Positions 22,201 through 35,783 of a stretch of 64,000 bases of DNA are shown here, one piece after another. Source of the stretch: Paraphysomonas bandaiensis (taxonomy: Eukaryota > Protista > Chrysophyceae); contig CBFFRP010000200.1 of assembly GCA_965644295.1 (NCBI GenBank), positions 188,876 to 252,875 on the forward strand, written 5' to 3'. A program made the position numbers and the translations under genes. Below the pieces are notes generated by a model. That model was given only the letters and a program-made list of their open reading frames with translations. It was not told the origin of the DNA and did no database searches. How positions within the stretch are numbered: the stretch's first letter is position 1; each line of letters opens with the position of its first letter.

Positions 22201-23741
22201 CAATTCAAGTGTTGCAATAGCGTGGGAGCGAGATGAATGTCGATTTCTAAATGTGGAGGCAGTACTTCGCTCCTCATACCCTCGATACAACAACTCCAAC
22301 ACTTCAGTTGCGGACTCTACCTCAACCTTAGTTAACTTTTCGACATATGGACCAAGGGCAGGATGCTCTCTTACCCTTAAGTCACTTGTTGAAGTTGAAG
22401 GCGCCAGGCAGTCGCGAATTTTCTCCTGGTATATCTCTAGAAAGGACAAAGTAATCTTCGTGTCCTTAATTACTTCATCGTCGGAAAAAACGTTTTCGAC
22501 GATGTCTAGGAAAACACGAGGAATAAGTCCCGCACTTTCATGAAGCTGTACGCTAGCTTCATCTTCTGACTGAATAAACCCCCCTCCTTCAGAGTGAATC
22601 AAATCGTCTCCGCCGAACATAGTGTACGTCTTCCCAGTGCTTGTGTGCCCATATGCAAAGCAGCACGTGGATACCCCACGCATCACATCCTCCGCCATCC
22701 CAGCCCCTATCGAGTCGTACACTCCTCGCTGGTTCACATACGTATTTTCCTCGTCAGTAGGGTCGTACGACCATAAACAATGGTCGAAGCAGAAGACCTT
22801 AGCCCAATCATTGCAGCGCATATCCTCGAGTGATACTGCAGCAGCCGCAGCGGCAATTGCATCGGGATCAGCTGTGAAAGCTTTCGGATTTACGAGTATG
22901 AGTTTTTCACCGTTTACTGATACCACACGTCTGGGGCCTGACTTAATTTCCCCAACAGTAAACGGACGGATTCTCACTGCTACGCGCACGGAATGGTGAA
23001 GATCTGGCCGCCCTCCCTTTGTCAACGTCATAACCTTGCTTGACGACACAAAGCTATCGTTGACAGACCGCTTTATAACAGACCAAACATTCTTGCTGCT
23101 TTTACTATCACTGGGAGGCGCTGGTTCCGGGGTGGTTAGACATTGAACTAGACTACTTGCATGTTGAGGTGAAGTCACACTGGTATTGAATTCTGACAGC
23201 AGAGTTCCCTCGCCACTGCTAGTAGGAGACGACATATCGTCATCAGGAGTATTTCGAGTCTCACTCTCTTGGTCTTGGGACTGCGGTAATCCTGAAACGA
23301 AATATGTAATGAGGTACGTAAAGATATAAACTTGCGCTACAAAACACTACAAGTAGTTGGACTGGATAAAATACAAAATTAAACATCAGGTAATATACCG
23401 TTGCGTTCATCTGTTTCTGAAACAGATGAGAGTGAGTTGCTGCTAGTGGGTTTCACTATTCGAGCACCACCACTCTTGTTTGAGTTCGACAACTGTAAAT
23501 ATGATTCCTCAGAGGACTCATCTTTGGCGGCAGCTTGAGCATGATGCTCCTGTGTCTCGTTAGCAGACGATGACAAAACCGGAGCAGGCATGTTGATGTC
23601 CGCCATCACTCTCGCTATCTTCTCCTCTAGAGTCTCTGGTCGAGACTTGTTATATGACGATCGATTCAAAGATTCAGATTTGTGATGTTGATCACCAGGT
23701 AGAGGAGAGCTTTGACTCTCTCTTCTGCTGTTGCCGGACAT
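19226..23741 (-). CDS. Kinesin motor protein (kinesin-3-like motor plus long coiled coil), multi-exon
   Basis: VRVAVRIRPF, FDHCLWS, FAYGHTSTGKT, LEIYQEKIRDCL, VREHPALGPYVE, SSRSH, VDLAGSE, PFRDSVLTWLLRDALSG, ESLHTLKYA. Confidence 0.93.
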
Positions 23742-23967
23742 CTCCGTCTTCAATAACCAGATATATATATATATGTACCTACAGGTAAGATAATAGTCCC
23801 GAGACACTCAAAGCATACACACAGAGTGTTTAATCGAGAGAGGGAATCGTAATTCCAGAGAGAGTATTAGTGTATAGATTGGCAACTATTGAGGTGCAAT
23901 CACAATGACAGAGTGGCAGTTAGGCGACATGGATATGATACCACACCACACAGCTGTACCTGGATAC

Positions 23968-24000
23968 GTATGTAAGTATGTATGTATGTATGTATGTATG

Positions 24001-24031
<31 letters not shown>

Positions 24032-24305
24032 GTATGTATGTATGTATGTATGTATGTATGTATGTATGTATGTATGTATGTATGTATGTATGTATGTATG
24101 TATGTATGTATGTATGTATGTATGTATGTATGTATGTATGTATGTATGTATGTATGTATGTATGTATGTATGTATGTATGTATGTATGTATGTATGTATG
24201 TATGTATGTATGTATGTATGTATGTATGTATGTATGTATGTATGTATGTATGTATGTATGTATGTATGTATGTATGTATGTATGTATGTATGTATGTATG
24301 TATGT
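23968..24305. repeat. (TATG)n microsatellite, about 84 units
   Basis: Read directly; two TAAG variant units near the left end. Confidence 0.99.
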
Positions 24306-24390
24306 GAGTGTGGACACTGCTTTTCTTGGAGGTCTGGCCATTGTATCATCGCTACAGCACTTATATCACTCACCTACTAGGTGCCACGCC

Positions 24391-26909
24391 ATGCCCCGTG
24401 GCTATGCCCTAGTGTCATTGTTTCTGTTAGTGGTGCACACAGTATCTCTCCGTCTCTCATCGTATGTTAGTGGTCCCTCTCATATGCTGTATGCACGCAC
24501 CTCTACCAACAACAGACACATCAAGACCATTAAACCAGGGATTATTTACTTCAAAGAGGAAGATGATGGATTGATACTCTGGCAGTGTGATAATGGTGCT
24601 GAACTATGTAACACTATGCGCATAAGGAGGGGGGCCAATGAGGACAGTGCAGCGGCCATCTCATTGGCTATGGAGCATACCTCACACTTAGAGCGGGAGG
24701 GGGAAGGGGTTGGTCAAGCGGCTGCGTTACTTGGTTTCTTTAATGTTAGCAGGACTGAATATGTTGCACTAGTCACGAGGACGGAGCCAACTGAAGCTTT
24801 CATAGACCCATCCATACGCCGGATCAGTGAAGTGAAACTCTTGAAAATTCCGGGTAGTCCTATTAGCTTGAACGAGACAGAGATTCATGATGAGCAACTC
24901 TCTCTGCTTGAGGCAGAATTTCGACGCCATACTCTGTACTTCTCGTCTGACAGAAGCACTGATGTCACCCGCACTGTCCAAGGTAACCAGCTGAGACGCC
25001 AACAGGGGGATAATATCTCGACTTGGTGGAAGGGCTGCGATGAACGCTTTTTCTGGAATCTCAACCTTTTACGTCCTTTGCTCGACAATCCATCACCATC
25101 TCCTGGAGTGCTGGATGTGTGGGTGACTCCGATTACCAATGCTTGGGCAGATTGTACTTATTTTTCACTAGATGGACGCCCGTATTCTCTTTCTCTGGTG
25201 TCCCGTCGCAGTCGACTTAGACAGGGTGCAAGGTACGTTCTGTTTTCATATGTTGTATTATGTTACAAATAGAACTTGTCTTTTAGAATGATGATGCGCG
25301 GCGTGGATGCAGCAGGAAATGTGGCAAATCACGTCGAAACAGAGCAAGTGCTGCGTTCTGTTGACGGGCGAGACACATTCTCGTTTCTTCAAATTCGTGG
25401 ATCTGTGCCGGTTTATTGGACTCAAAGCGAAGTATGGATCCCCTCTCCTCCCATCCTTGTTGATGAATCTCTCCGGCATTCTGTTGCTCTCACTGCACAC
25501 TTGGATGACTTGCACCGTCAGTACTCCCACGCGGTGTTTGTAAATCTCGTGGACAAGGTGGGATCGCAGGGCGAGTTAGGACGATGCTTGGTTGGAGCTC
25601 TTAATGAGATAGCTAATAATAGAGGAGATCGAAGTGACCTGTATCGTAGCATGCTGGATCGGGATGCAGTGACCATAACGGACCACATGATTCCACCGAA
25701 TAACGCTACGGAGCCTCTACGCGTGAGACACGTGTGGTTTGACTTCCACCATAAAGTTAACACCTTCACTGGCTCTGATAGGACATGGGAAGCAGTACTA
25801 GAACACTTGGAGGACGATACTATTGGGAAAGAGGGATTTTACTCACATAGAGAGGGAATAGAAGAAACTCTCCAGCAGACGGTGGTGCGAACCAACTGCG
25901 TGGATTGCTTGGATCGCACGAACGTCGTTCAAGTATGTGTACATATGTCTCATAGTTTGTCATACTTATACCAAGCATTTGCAGGCGGCCATCGGCAGAG
26001 CTGTTCTCATGTATCAGCTTCACCTTATGGGTCACAATATCTCTCGTACAACTAATACTTCCCTTGCAGCTATAGCGAAGCGTGATCTTCCTAAGGTATA
26101 TAACTGCACTGCGCTGTAAAAATATCTAAGTATTGGCGTTGTAGGCTGTAGAAAGGACTGTCCGGAAATTGTGGGTGGATAATGGTGATGGAATCAGTGA
26201 TCTTTATGCAGGTACGAGGTCTCTTAAGCGCGACCTCACTCGAAATGGGAAGCGCACCTCAGTGGGTATAGTCAAGGACGCGTTAAGTTCTTTTGTACGA
26301 TATGTGCTTGGTAACTTTGTGGACCGGGGGCGACAACGAGGGATAGATATGCTTGTCGGTGTAAAGGCATCAGCCAACACTTCTGACGATCAAACAAGAC
26401 GCTCCGTCACAGCAACTAGTGATAATACCCCAATTGATATCACTCATAAGCGGGATGAAGGAGTAGAAGAGAACGATTCGGATTTAATTGTCCGATCCAT
26501 GAAATTTCCTATACGCAATTCGAAACGCATAAGCGCTGATGTTTTTGTGGATGACTTGGCCCACAGACTGCGGCGTTTGGAGCAAAGAAGACAAAATATA
26601 ATGTATAGTCAAATAGATTCTATTCGGCCACGCACCGCCCGAGCTCTATTCCAACCCATAGAGTTTGAAGGGGTTATATCTCGTCGACATATGATTATGA
26701 AAGAGTTGTTAAGTGATCTACTATCTACCATTGAAGATAGTTTGAATAGACCACAATCTGTAGTTTCACTGGACAACCCTGTTGTTAAAGGGGAAGAAAT
26801 TAGTAAAGCAAGTATTTTAGACGCAGTTAACCGAACATTGGTCTATAGTAGTATGGATCACCTAGCACCTGCGTCTATTTTGGCGGCATTTTACATATTG
26901 TTTAGATAG
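24391..26909 (+). CDS. SAC-domain phosphoinositide phosphatase (Sac1-like), multi-exon; a further hydrophobic exon may extend to ~27050
   Basis: DERFFWN, LVSRRSRLRQGAR, RGVDAAGNVANHVETEQ, QIRGSVPVYWTQ, FDFHH, catalytic RTNCVDCLDRTNVVQ, WVDNGDGISDLYAGT. Confidence 0.93.
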
Positions 26910-27156
26910 TATGCTTTGCATATGGATTGATAAATATCACATGCTTTCCGGCTAATTTGTAGTAATCTATATAGTGTAAATAAGTATAAACTACTGCAAT
27001 TGATTTATATATATATTGAATGTCTGATTATCATTTGTTGGCTGTGCTAGCTGGAGTTTTTGTGAACTACTATTTCAGGTAGTATATGGCGGTAATAAGG
27101 CATTATCATTCTTCTTTCTCTAAATGCAGATTTATGCTTAGTAATAGCAAGAAGAA

Positions 27157-29568
27157 TGTTGTGATTATTAGAGTGTAAAGTGATGAACACACAGTAATGT
27201 AGAAAATTGAATAATAATGCAGAAAATAACGGAATAATTAGAAGTATAACTGATAATGACGATCGTTATGATGACGATCACACATCTTCAACAGATACTC
27301 TCTCTCTCTAATTCAGTTCATGATATATTTCACTGAACATCATAACTCACATATACTATCTTATGTTAAGATGAATCTTAATACGCCCCCCAATGAAATA
27401 ATCAGTAAACTGTGGATTATAGAGGGGATATGAAGCTTATACACACTGAGAGTAAAAACCAGAGTAGCAGTCACTAGTCAATAATAAGCGCACAGCAGAA
27501 ATGCTGTATTGAGAGACCATCCTTCTAGTCCAGCATCACGTATTGAACAAAAATAAAAAATGGTAAAGACTCCGTGTAACTCAAACTAGCCACCTGTGGC
27601 TTGTTGGTAATTATGAGTTCGGTGTCTCTGAGATTGTTGCTCGCTTTCTATTGTTACTGAATGGGATGTCGAACCCAACTCGCCCCATCAATGTAGTTTG
27701 CAATATGTAAGAAGATAGTTGCTCCTAGTGGTTTCGTAAGAAGATCGGCTGACATTTTGACTTGTGGTGGGTATATGATTAACAGTCAATAGGTTTTCGG
27801 CTATATGTTCTCGAATGGAGTGATATCGAATCGAGATATGTTTTTTACGGCGATGATGAGTAGGATTGTAACATAATTGGACTGCACCTTTATTATCGCA
27901 CTAAATAGTTGTGGAGAATGGAAGTTTGAAACATTTCAGGTAATAAAGAGCGTAGCCATAATGCTTCCTGAGCTGCTGACGATAAGGCCATATATTCTGC
28001 TTCTCAGTAGACGACAGTGCCACTGTTGTCTGTACTGGAGATTGCCATTATATAATCTAAAAGCTGTAGTGGACCGTCGAGCGAGGTGATATCGCGCCCA
28101 ATCGCTATTGCAGTATCCTGACAATGATATGTGGGGTCCAGTATATATATCAGTCCTTGCTTAGCAGTGCCTTTGAGGTACCTAAGGACATGTAAAACGC
28201 AGCATTGCAGGTAATAAGATTAGGCATGTCAGAAAATCTAGCAAGAGTATTGACTGCGTAGGCTATGTCCGTTCAGCTTGTATCAACATATCGTTGATTC
28301 GAGTCGAATGAATGATTGAATTCGTGCAAATCATAATTGAATGAGAACAACACATTGGTAGACATTGGTTTACAACTAGACATATTGAATTTTTCCAGTA
28401 GTTTGGTGACATATCGTTCCTGACTTAGAGTCGTGATATTCTTATCGAAGTCCTGGTGAATGGAAATGCCTGTAAGTAGTAATATCTAAGAGTCCGGGAA
28501 CCGTAATTTCGAACTTTTTGGCTAGGCAGTTGTTGAAGTCTTGAATATCAGTGTTTGATGCTGATGCGATGATAATGTCATCAACATATATGGTGATTAA
28601 CTTGCCATCGATCTGTTCTTTAAATATAAAAGGATCAGGTATTAGTCTAGTGAAACCCAAGTCTAGCATGAAAACTAAATTAGTACAACATTTGTACCAA
28701 TTTAAACCTGCTAGCTTCAAATCATAGTTTCCTTGTAATCGACACCTGGGATTTGAGTATATCCCTCTGGGCAACCAGCAGTCGAGCCTTGAACTTTATC
28801 GTTCTGCTTCCTATTGATTTTGAAAATGAGTTTTCCTTTGATTGCTCATCATGCTCCCTGTGGTAACACCAAGCATATCTCCAATATCCTTTCTTCTGGA
28901 GATATCTCTTTGTTTATCGCGCCAATCCACTGCTGTTGATGATGTAATACATGTTGAGCATTTACATCTTATGATCATGAATATATACACCGTCACCAAG
29001 TTTATGTACATTTACGGCTACTCATATACTATCGGGATGTATTTTTCGACCTAGTCAAATTGGGGGAATTACCTAGTCACACCAAAATTGGTGTAATAAC
29101 CTAGTCAAAAGGTTGAAAAACCTAGTCATTAAATAATTAGATTTTTAACTTCACAATGACTAGGTTGACTAGGTTGACTAGGTGGAATCGAGTATTCACC
29201 TAGTCAAACAGGGGAGCATACTATAGCCATAAATTAAATTCTATATGCCTCACACTTCGTCTTCACAGTCGAATGCAAATTGGGCTGTTTCTGATGACCA
29301 AGTCCGGTGTAGCTCTTTAGCTTTGTGTTCGCCTGATCTATGTTGTATTGATTTTAATTCACCTTCTATGACCTCATGCTTATGTAATTCGTAGCTATAT
29401 GTGAGTACAATTCATGACTAGGTTTAATACTATAATTGGCTAGGTTGAGTCATTTATTGCTTTGACTAGGTTATTACACCAATTTTGGAGTGACTAGGAA
29501 AGTCCACCAAATTGACTAGGTTGAATAATATATCCCTATACTATCTTATATTAAGATGAATCCTAATA
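27157..29568 (-). mobile_element. Degenerate, internally deleted Ty1/copia relic (left boundary uncertain)
   Basis: Frameshifted RT/RNase H fragments (TIYVDDIIIAS, DIAYAVNTLARF, GYCNSDWA...RRSTT, KHISIRYH...ADLLTKPL). Shared LTR end tatactatcttatRttaagatgaatcYtaata ending at 27383 and 29568; PPT-like TTGGGGGGCG next to 27383. No TSD recognised. Confidence 0.8.
29034..29536. mobile_element. Mutator-like MITE (503 bp) inserted in the relic copia LTR
   Basis: About 76-bp imperfect TIRs starting GGGAT; exact 9-bp TSD TATACTATC (29025-29033, 29537-29545); many CCTAGTCA/TGACTAGG subterminal motifs; non-coding. Confidence 0.92.
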
Positions 29569-30071
29569 TCGCATAACACACGCACATAATATATAATATA
29601 ATGTGTGTGTTCATACAATAGAGGTGAGAAAGCGTTGAAGGGTATGAAACTTCAGTTTCTAGTTTTCTGTTAGTTTTGTATTCACCGACTACTATCTATT
29701 TTCGACAATTGTATGCACTACAGCACCAGTTCAATTAGGTAGAGTTATTTTGTAGTACATCATGTAACTATCACGTGTATAGGTAATATAATATATACAA
29801 AATGCATTCAGGTGAAGCAGGTGACGGTCCAGATGTACTAGAGCTTGACAGCAAATTTCGAGAGCATAACGCTATGGGCTTTGTGAACAAGATACTTAAA
29901 TATCTAATGCAGAAAGTGCCCTACCAAGTTCAAATCTGAACGAGACAATGCTCCTGGTTTACATAGTAATGTATCATATATCACATATACACGTTTTATA
30001 AGTATGATAAACTAACTCTATTGCAACACTTCAACTTTTGACGAACATAATAAACTAGAAACACAACAACA

Positions 30072-33000
30072 TCACCGCCTACAGTCCAGTACAATACCAT
30101 CACCCAAACGGCTCCCAGTATACTCGGGCTTAATACATAGTCATTAGATGAAATACTCGATATATATCTTACTCACATTGTAAACTTTTCGACAACTCTC
30201 ACAAAAATTCTCTTTCTCGAAATAATTGCTTTCAAGTATATGACTTGTGCCCTTTCGAATCTTTGCAGCCTTGCTATACGCTTCATTCCACTCATTGAGA
30301 GGTATCTATAAATATTTTCGTAAAACAATTATGTCAACACAAACGTAAAACATACTTGCTTGCTCTTTGCAATCAAAGTCGAATACTCCTTCATATATGT
30401 GTGAGAAAGCTAAGATAAAAACGTTAGCCTCGAATACGATTCGAACGTGAAAATAAACACCTGATACTTGAAGAGATCATTACCACCGTAACAATATATC
30501 TGCTCATCGAGGTCATATGCATAACCATCTACCAGAGATACTATTCTCTTGGTGTGATGAGCGGAATGAGTTTGTTCCTAGTCGCATGACAATTAAAAAT
30601 CAATATCTTACATAATTCTACGTACTTGGTCAAACTCTTGATTTTCAATAACAAGTTGGACAGCTTTTCTATCACACGACGGAACAAACTTGTCGTTCTA
30701 CAAAATATTACGGCCAAAATATATAGACACCTACACATACCTTTTTGCACGTTTCCGGTTTAGTGTATGAGTCGAAAAAAGTGTACAACGTCTTGTGATT
30801 CATGAACCAACTGTTAACAGCATCTCGTCTGCTCTTCATCAATAAATTCTTATTGTATAAGAAAAATCGTACCTAACCCAGTCATTACCCGATCCAAGTG
30901 GGCCATCATAAGTGAACTCTCCGGACTCGATACGATCTGGCATAACATCACAATAATTTACTCACTAACATATGGTAAAAATTCCACACCAATATCTTGA
31001 CAGTAAGAACAATGCAGACGTGGCCTCTTCTCAGTCTCATAACTGACATGAAGCGCAGGGATATACTCGTTGGCACACCCCTGACACCATCAATGACAAC
31101 GTCACCTACGACTAGAGAACGAATATTACCTTGGATATTGACGAAATACCCCTGTGAAAGTTTCGACTAGTAGAACGGAACCCCAATCGAGTCAGAGAAT
31201 TTTCATACTTAAAATCGCTGTCAGATAAACTTTAAGCGAATCATCCAGTGATACTTCGTTCTTACCAGCTCCAATCGGCTCCACCGTCACATCCCTAATA
31301 GCAATTCATCAGTAAAAGAGTACTATAGCACTTTTCACGGCATACCCAGTCCCACAGTGGGGGCGACTTCTGAACATGATCGAGTAACCCCTTTGGTACT
31401 CGACTGGTTTTTTTCGTATCGGTTGCCCATTTCGAGTTTAGGCACGTGTGATTGAAGGGAATTGCTGTGCGGATGTCACGTCCATCATGCATGCGAGACA
31501 GTATTACGGTTTCTAAAGCAGCCTATACAAAAAATCAATAACTCATATTCTCAGAGAAACCAAGCACCTGATCAAAGCCGTGACATTGAACATAACCACT
31601 CATGGCCACTGCCAGCCAATCAATTGCAAACGCACGCCCTTCCTCCGAATTTCGATAAAATACAGCGTTGCTGAAAGCAGATCGCATGTTGCCCACCACG
31701 ACAACTTTATCCTCAGGTACATCTTCAAGGAATGACTCTAGAGGAAGGTCCAACCACCCTTCAACAAAGTCTTATTACGATAGAGGGAATACTAGAAGGT
31801 CAAATTTACACCTGGATTAATGAACATATCGTCATCATTCCAAAATACCCACTCAGAATCAGGATTCTCGAACATTTGGCTCAAAATCATTGGCACTTTG
31901 CTCATGACGGCTTGACCATAATGATTTTCTCCCAAAGGAGTATCCTAACAATTTGATTAGACAATTCGTGAATATCAACATGGTCCTACCTCAAGAAAAC
32001 GCGGGCCAAAAAATTGTACATATTGGTTTGAGAGAATATGGCGATAGCGATATCCATGGCGGTGAGCATAGTACATCTTACTGAGTGTGGAGGGAAGAAT
32101 ATTATCCAGGCTTTCAGCGTCGCCATGTGATCCTGATATCATTGTAATTTTCTGTTTCAACGTCGTATACCCACTGCGATGCGCAGGCTTTTCATACGGT
32201 CGAGAATCAGTGAGAGAGTGGTAGATTCTGGAGCGGGTTGGGGTCTCATATGATAAGTTTCTGTGAGTAATGAGAACAGTTGCAAGAAGTAGAATGTATA
32301 ATTAACACATGACTCACCCTGTGTTCCAGCAAAAGTCTAATGGAAAGTCGCTTTTCTCGGCGAATCGGTATCGATTTGGTCCAAGCATCATTTTACGGGG
32401 AAACTCCTTCAAAATACTCTGCATGTTAGCTCGCGCCTTTTCTGTGATGTCGTGACGCAATGAACGGACGGCCTTCTTCCAACCAATTGGTGTGTGTATC
32501 GTAGCGCACACATGGCTTGCATACACATTCCCATCCCCACAGTGTAATTTAATTGAAGCTTTGTCGTCAGGACCGGAACAGAAACTGGAATGACCACCGT
32601 GATCAGAGCCCATCCGAAATTTCGAGCCGGAGTCCAGTGGTAGGACGCATATATCTGTTGGTGACAGATAACCCACCCCCACTTTTCCTCCCGTGCGCAC
32701 ATTAGCCTCCAGAAGCGTTGGGCGAGGCTCTAAAAGTGTGAATGTTGGTCGAACTGCGTAATATCTATAGAGATCTAAAAACGTGTTCACCCAACTCTGT
32801 ACTCCAGGATGACCCAATTTCAAAACAAGCAGCATTAGGTCGTGCCAATCCGACACAGATGACAGTTCTCGAGTCTTTTCAAACAAAAGAATCTGCACAG
32901 AGTCTGAATCCGAGGACACTTTTGAAAATAAACGTGCAAAGCTCGGAGAAAAACGTGGAGAGGAAAGAGATGAGAAAGACAGTGACAACAAGGTTGAATC

Positions 33001-33399
33001 CTTGTAATCTTTATGACTATCGGTAACATCTTTAATAGAACTTAATATTTCGGACACATGTTCATATTTTGGTTGCAAACTCCCAATATTTCTATCAACT
33101 GCAGGATCGATAGTGTAGAAGTTAACAGCGCTGTTCAATAAGGACTCCATTTCCTTTACAAGATCCCCCCCCATAGCTGCATAGGCCTCTTTACGCATGT
33201 ATAATTTACACTTAAGAACTTTATTGCATTCAAGTTCATGTTCTTTCAAGTCTTTCATGAATACAATGGCCTCGTTAGCAGCATCCAGGGATCCGCTGGG
33301 GTCATACAGCACATTTATAAGTAGAATATGATGAGCGACTGTCATAAGACACAAAGATGCTATCAATATCACACGGAGTGATAGAATGCTACCAGACAT
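30072..33399 (-). CDS. Secretory-pathway glycosyltransferase-like protein (GT34/GMA12-MNN10-like domain), many exons
   Basis: N-terminal hydrophobic anchor; SKMYYAHRHGY, SKVPMI...EWVFWNDDDMFIN (DxD-type motif), SNAVFYRNS, FDQAAL across GT-AG introns; last exon ends ...VLDCRR*. Confidence 0.7.
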
Positions 33400-34665
33400 T
33401 ATGAAAGTGATTATACAGAACGAGATAATGAGAGTGGAAGCAAGCAGTGGGAGGTGTGTGAGATATGATGCCTGATCCTCATCTCAGTCTACTGTACATA
33501 CATATACATATACATCCACACGTACATATACCGTATGTAGGGTATACCTCTTCTGTATATCAGACATTGTCTTCCAATCATACTCCGTTTAGAGCAATCA
33601 TGTGCTTATTATTGGATATGAGACAGTTGTAGATTCTCATATTCATCACAGCGTAGCTCATGCTCGCTATAAGATATCAGATAGCTATAAGATATAAGTT
33701 GCAACTGTTGTATCAGTGTAATTCTATGCATATTGTGCTGCAATGGTGCTGTTTGCTACTGCTAATACAAACAATGTATTGCTATTCTTTACCATTCTCC
33801 AGCAGTATTAAAACGATCAAACCTGTACATCACAGCGAGCAAAGAAGATATCAGATATAGGCTTTAGCAAGCAGAGTGTTATCATACCATTAAATAAATG
33901 AACATTTACATGCACAATAGGAACAGTGTTACATATTGCTTTGTAAGAGTCGATATATTACTATCGTACTGAAGCGTTATTTTTGATAGATTGATTCGAA
34001 TAATATCCATATAGTATGATATGAATGCAATAACACAATCTAAAACAGAATATCTTATTACGTATTTGAGTATGCTCTAATGTTGTACTGAATGCCAGGA
34101 CTTATTGTAACTGTTATGTTGCCCCTAACCCTGAATGTAGATAGCTTTCACAGGCAACTATTATTCGAGAGTGGTAAAAGTATGTAGTATTGTATATAAC
34201 ACTATATAGCGTCGTTATTGGAGAAGCAACATGGGTGTTCTGAAGTTCTGATTTTGTGCAAAATATGAAGAGCGTATGTGCCATAGAGTAATACATTTAT
34301 CCCTTGAAAGTTATATTAACTTTATACTATAGACTTCACATATAGCTGCATATGATTACTTCTTTGCAAACCTCAAGTTGATGTGAGGTGTGATGATTTT
34401 CTACTTAGCGCATACGTAAAAAGTTTGCTGCAAACTGAACATGCCAAAACTTTCATAGAATCATGTTACAAAAACACTATTTTCTTGACAGTCGTGATCA
34501 CAGAAGCAGTGATATGCAACAACAGATATACATAAATGTTACTTAAACGGTATTTACAAGCATCTTTCGTGTCGTTACACTCTATGAACCTCAACACAAA
34601 ATATAAACAAGCCCTCCCCTATAAATATAAGTGTTGCTTGCAGAGCATTCGTAACTATTTCCGGA

Positions 34666-35381
34666 TCACACTGGACTTGCCTCGATTTCTTGATATGGAC
34701 ATCGCGATACCAATAGTTGATCCATAAGGATATTATCTTGTATCCAATACTGTCAAACAATTAAATATGAGAAAAAAAGGTTAAATGTGATACCTGTATC
34801 ATACTAAGAAAAAACGGCAAAATTATTAATGACAAAACTAACTCCAAATCGTCCGACAGAAAAAATTGGGCAAAGAGCCAAGAACTCAACCATCGTAATT
34901 CTGACGCCCACACAAGTTCAACGCAGCTTAGTATTATCTTGCTCAATATTACGGCACTACAAAATACTAACAACTGAGCCAAGTACCACGACGACAGCGC
35001 CGGATCTCCATAGTATCCTTGCATCTCTATACTAGGAATACCATTGTTTCGGGCAGCTCTACTCGCCGCCAATAAAAATGACCATATCAGGAAGATTCCG
35101 ATACACGTGTCTAACACGTAATTAATAACATAAAACGCACACTCATCGCCCTCGTTGTTTGATGTATCGAAATGTGCAAAGAGCCTGGCACTGAAAACAT
35201 TCCACGCATGAATAAGCAACGACGAAAACCCTTGCTTTGAAATATCCATGAACCATATTGAAAAAGACCTCCTAGGGGGTTTCTCTATTGACCGTTTGTA
35301 CACAAGTATAGCATATGCCATCACGCCAACCATAAACTGCAAAAACAGCGCAAGGCTTCCATCGAGCAAAGAGCACGACAT
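34666..35381 (-). CDS. STIMATE/TMEM110-like multi-pass membrane protein; 2 exons
   Basis: CSLL...KRSIEKPPRRSFSIWFMDISKQG...DECAFYVINYVLDTCIG...GYYGDP...IQ|YWIQDNIL. Confidence 0.85.
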
Positions 35382-35729
35382 AGTCAGTGTAACTACTAGA
35401 ATGCCAACTGAATCCCAGAGAAAGACAGCACTAACAGAGTTTTGTTCAGTACTGCATGGATGGACTGTGATAACCTCAATCTATTGCGAACGACTCCTTT
35501 ACATGCAATCTAACGGCAGCTGCTGCTGGCCCAAGAACCACACCCACCATATTGGTGACAGCTGCGGCCTTAATCACGTACACATTGTTGCCTATTTTTT
35601 ACCCATACAGCACCTAGATATCGAGGATATTTTGAATTGCAACTCCCAAAAATGGCATTTTGAAAGAAATATTGAGATATTTACAGCATCCAGCTGCTTG
35701 ATATGCAGTCTGGATCTACATATATGGCT

Positions 35730-35760
<31 letters not shown>

Positions 35761-35783
35761 CAGCTACAGCATGCCCCACAGCG

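Noticed and set aside
23886-24380. ORFs with (HTYI)n and (MYVC)n peptides
   Set aside because: Translation of the stop-free TATG microsatellite; the SAC gene more plausibly starts at 24391.
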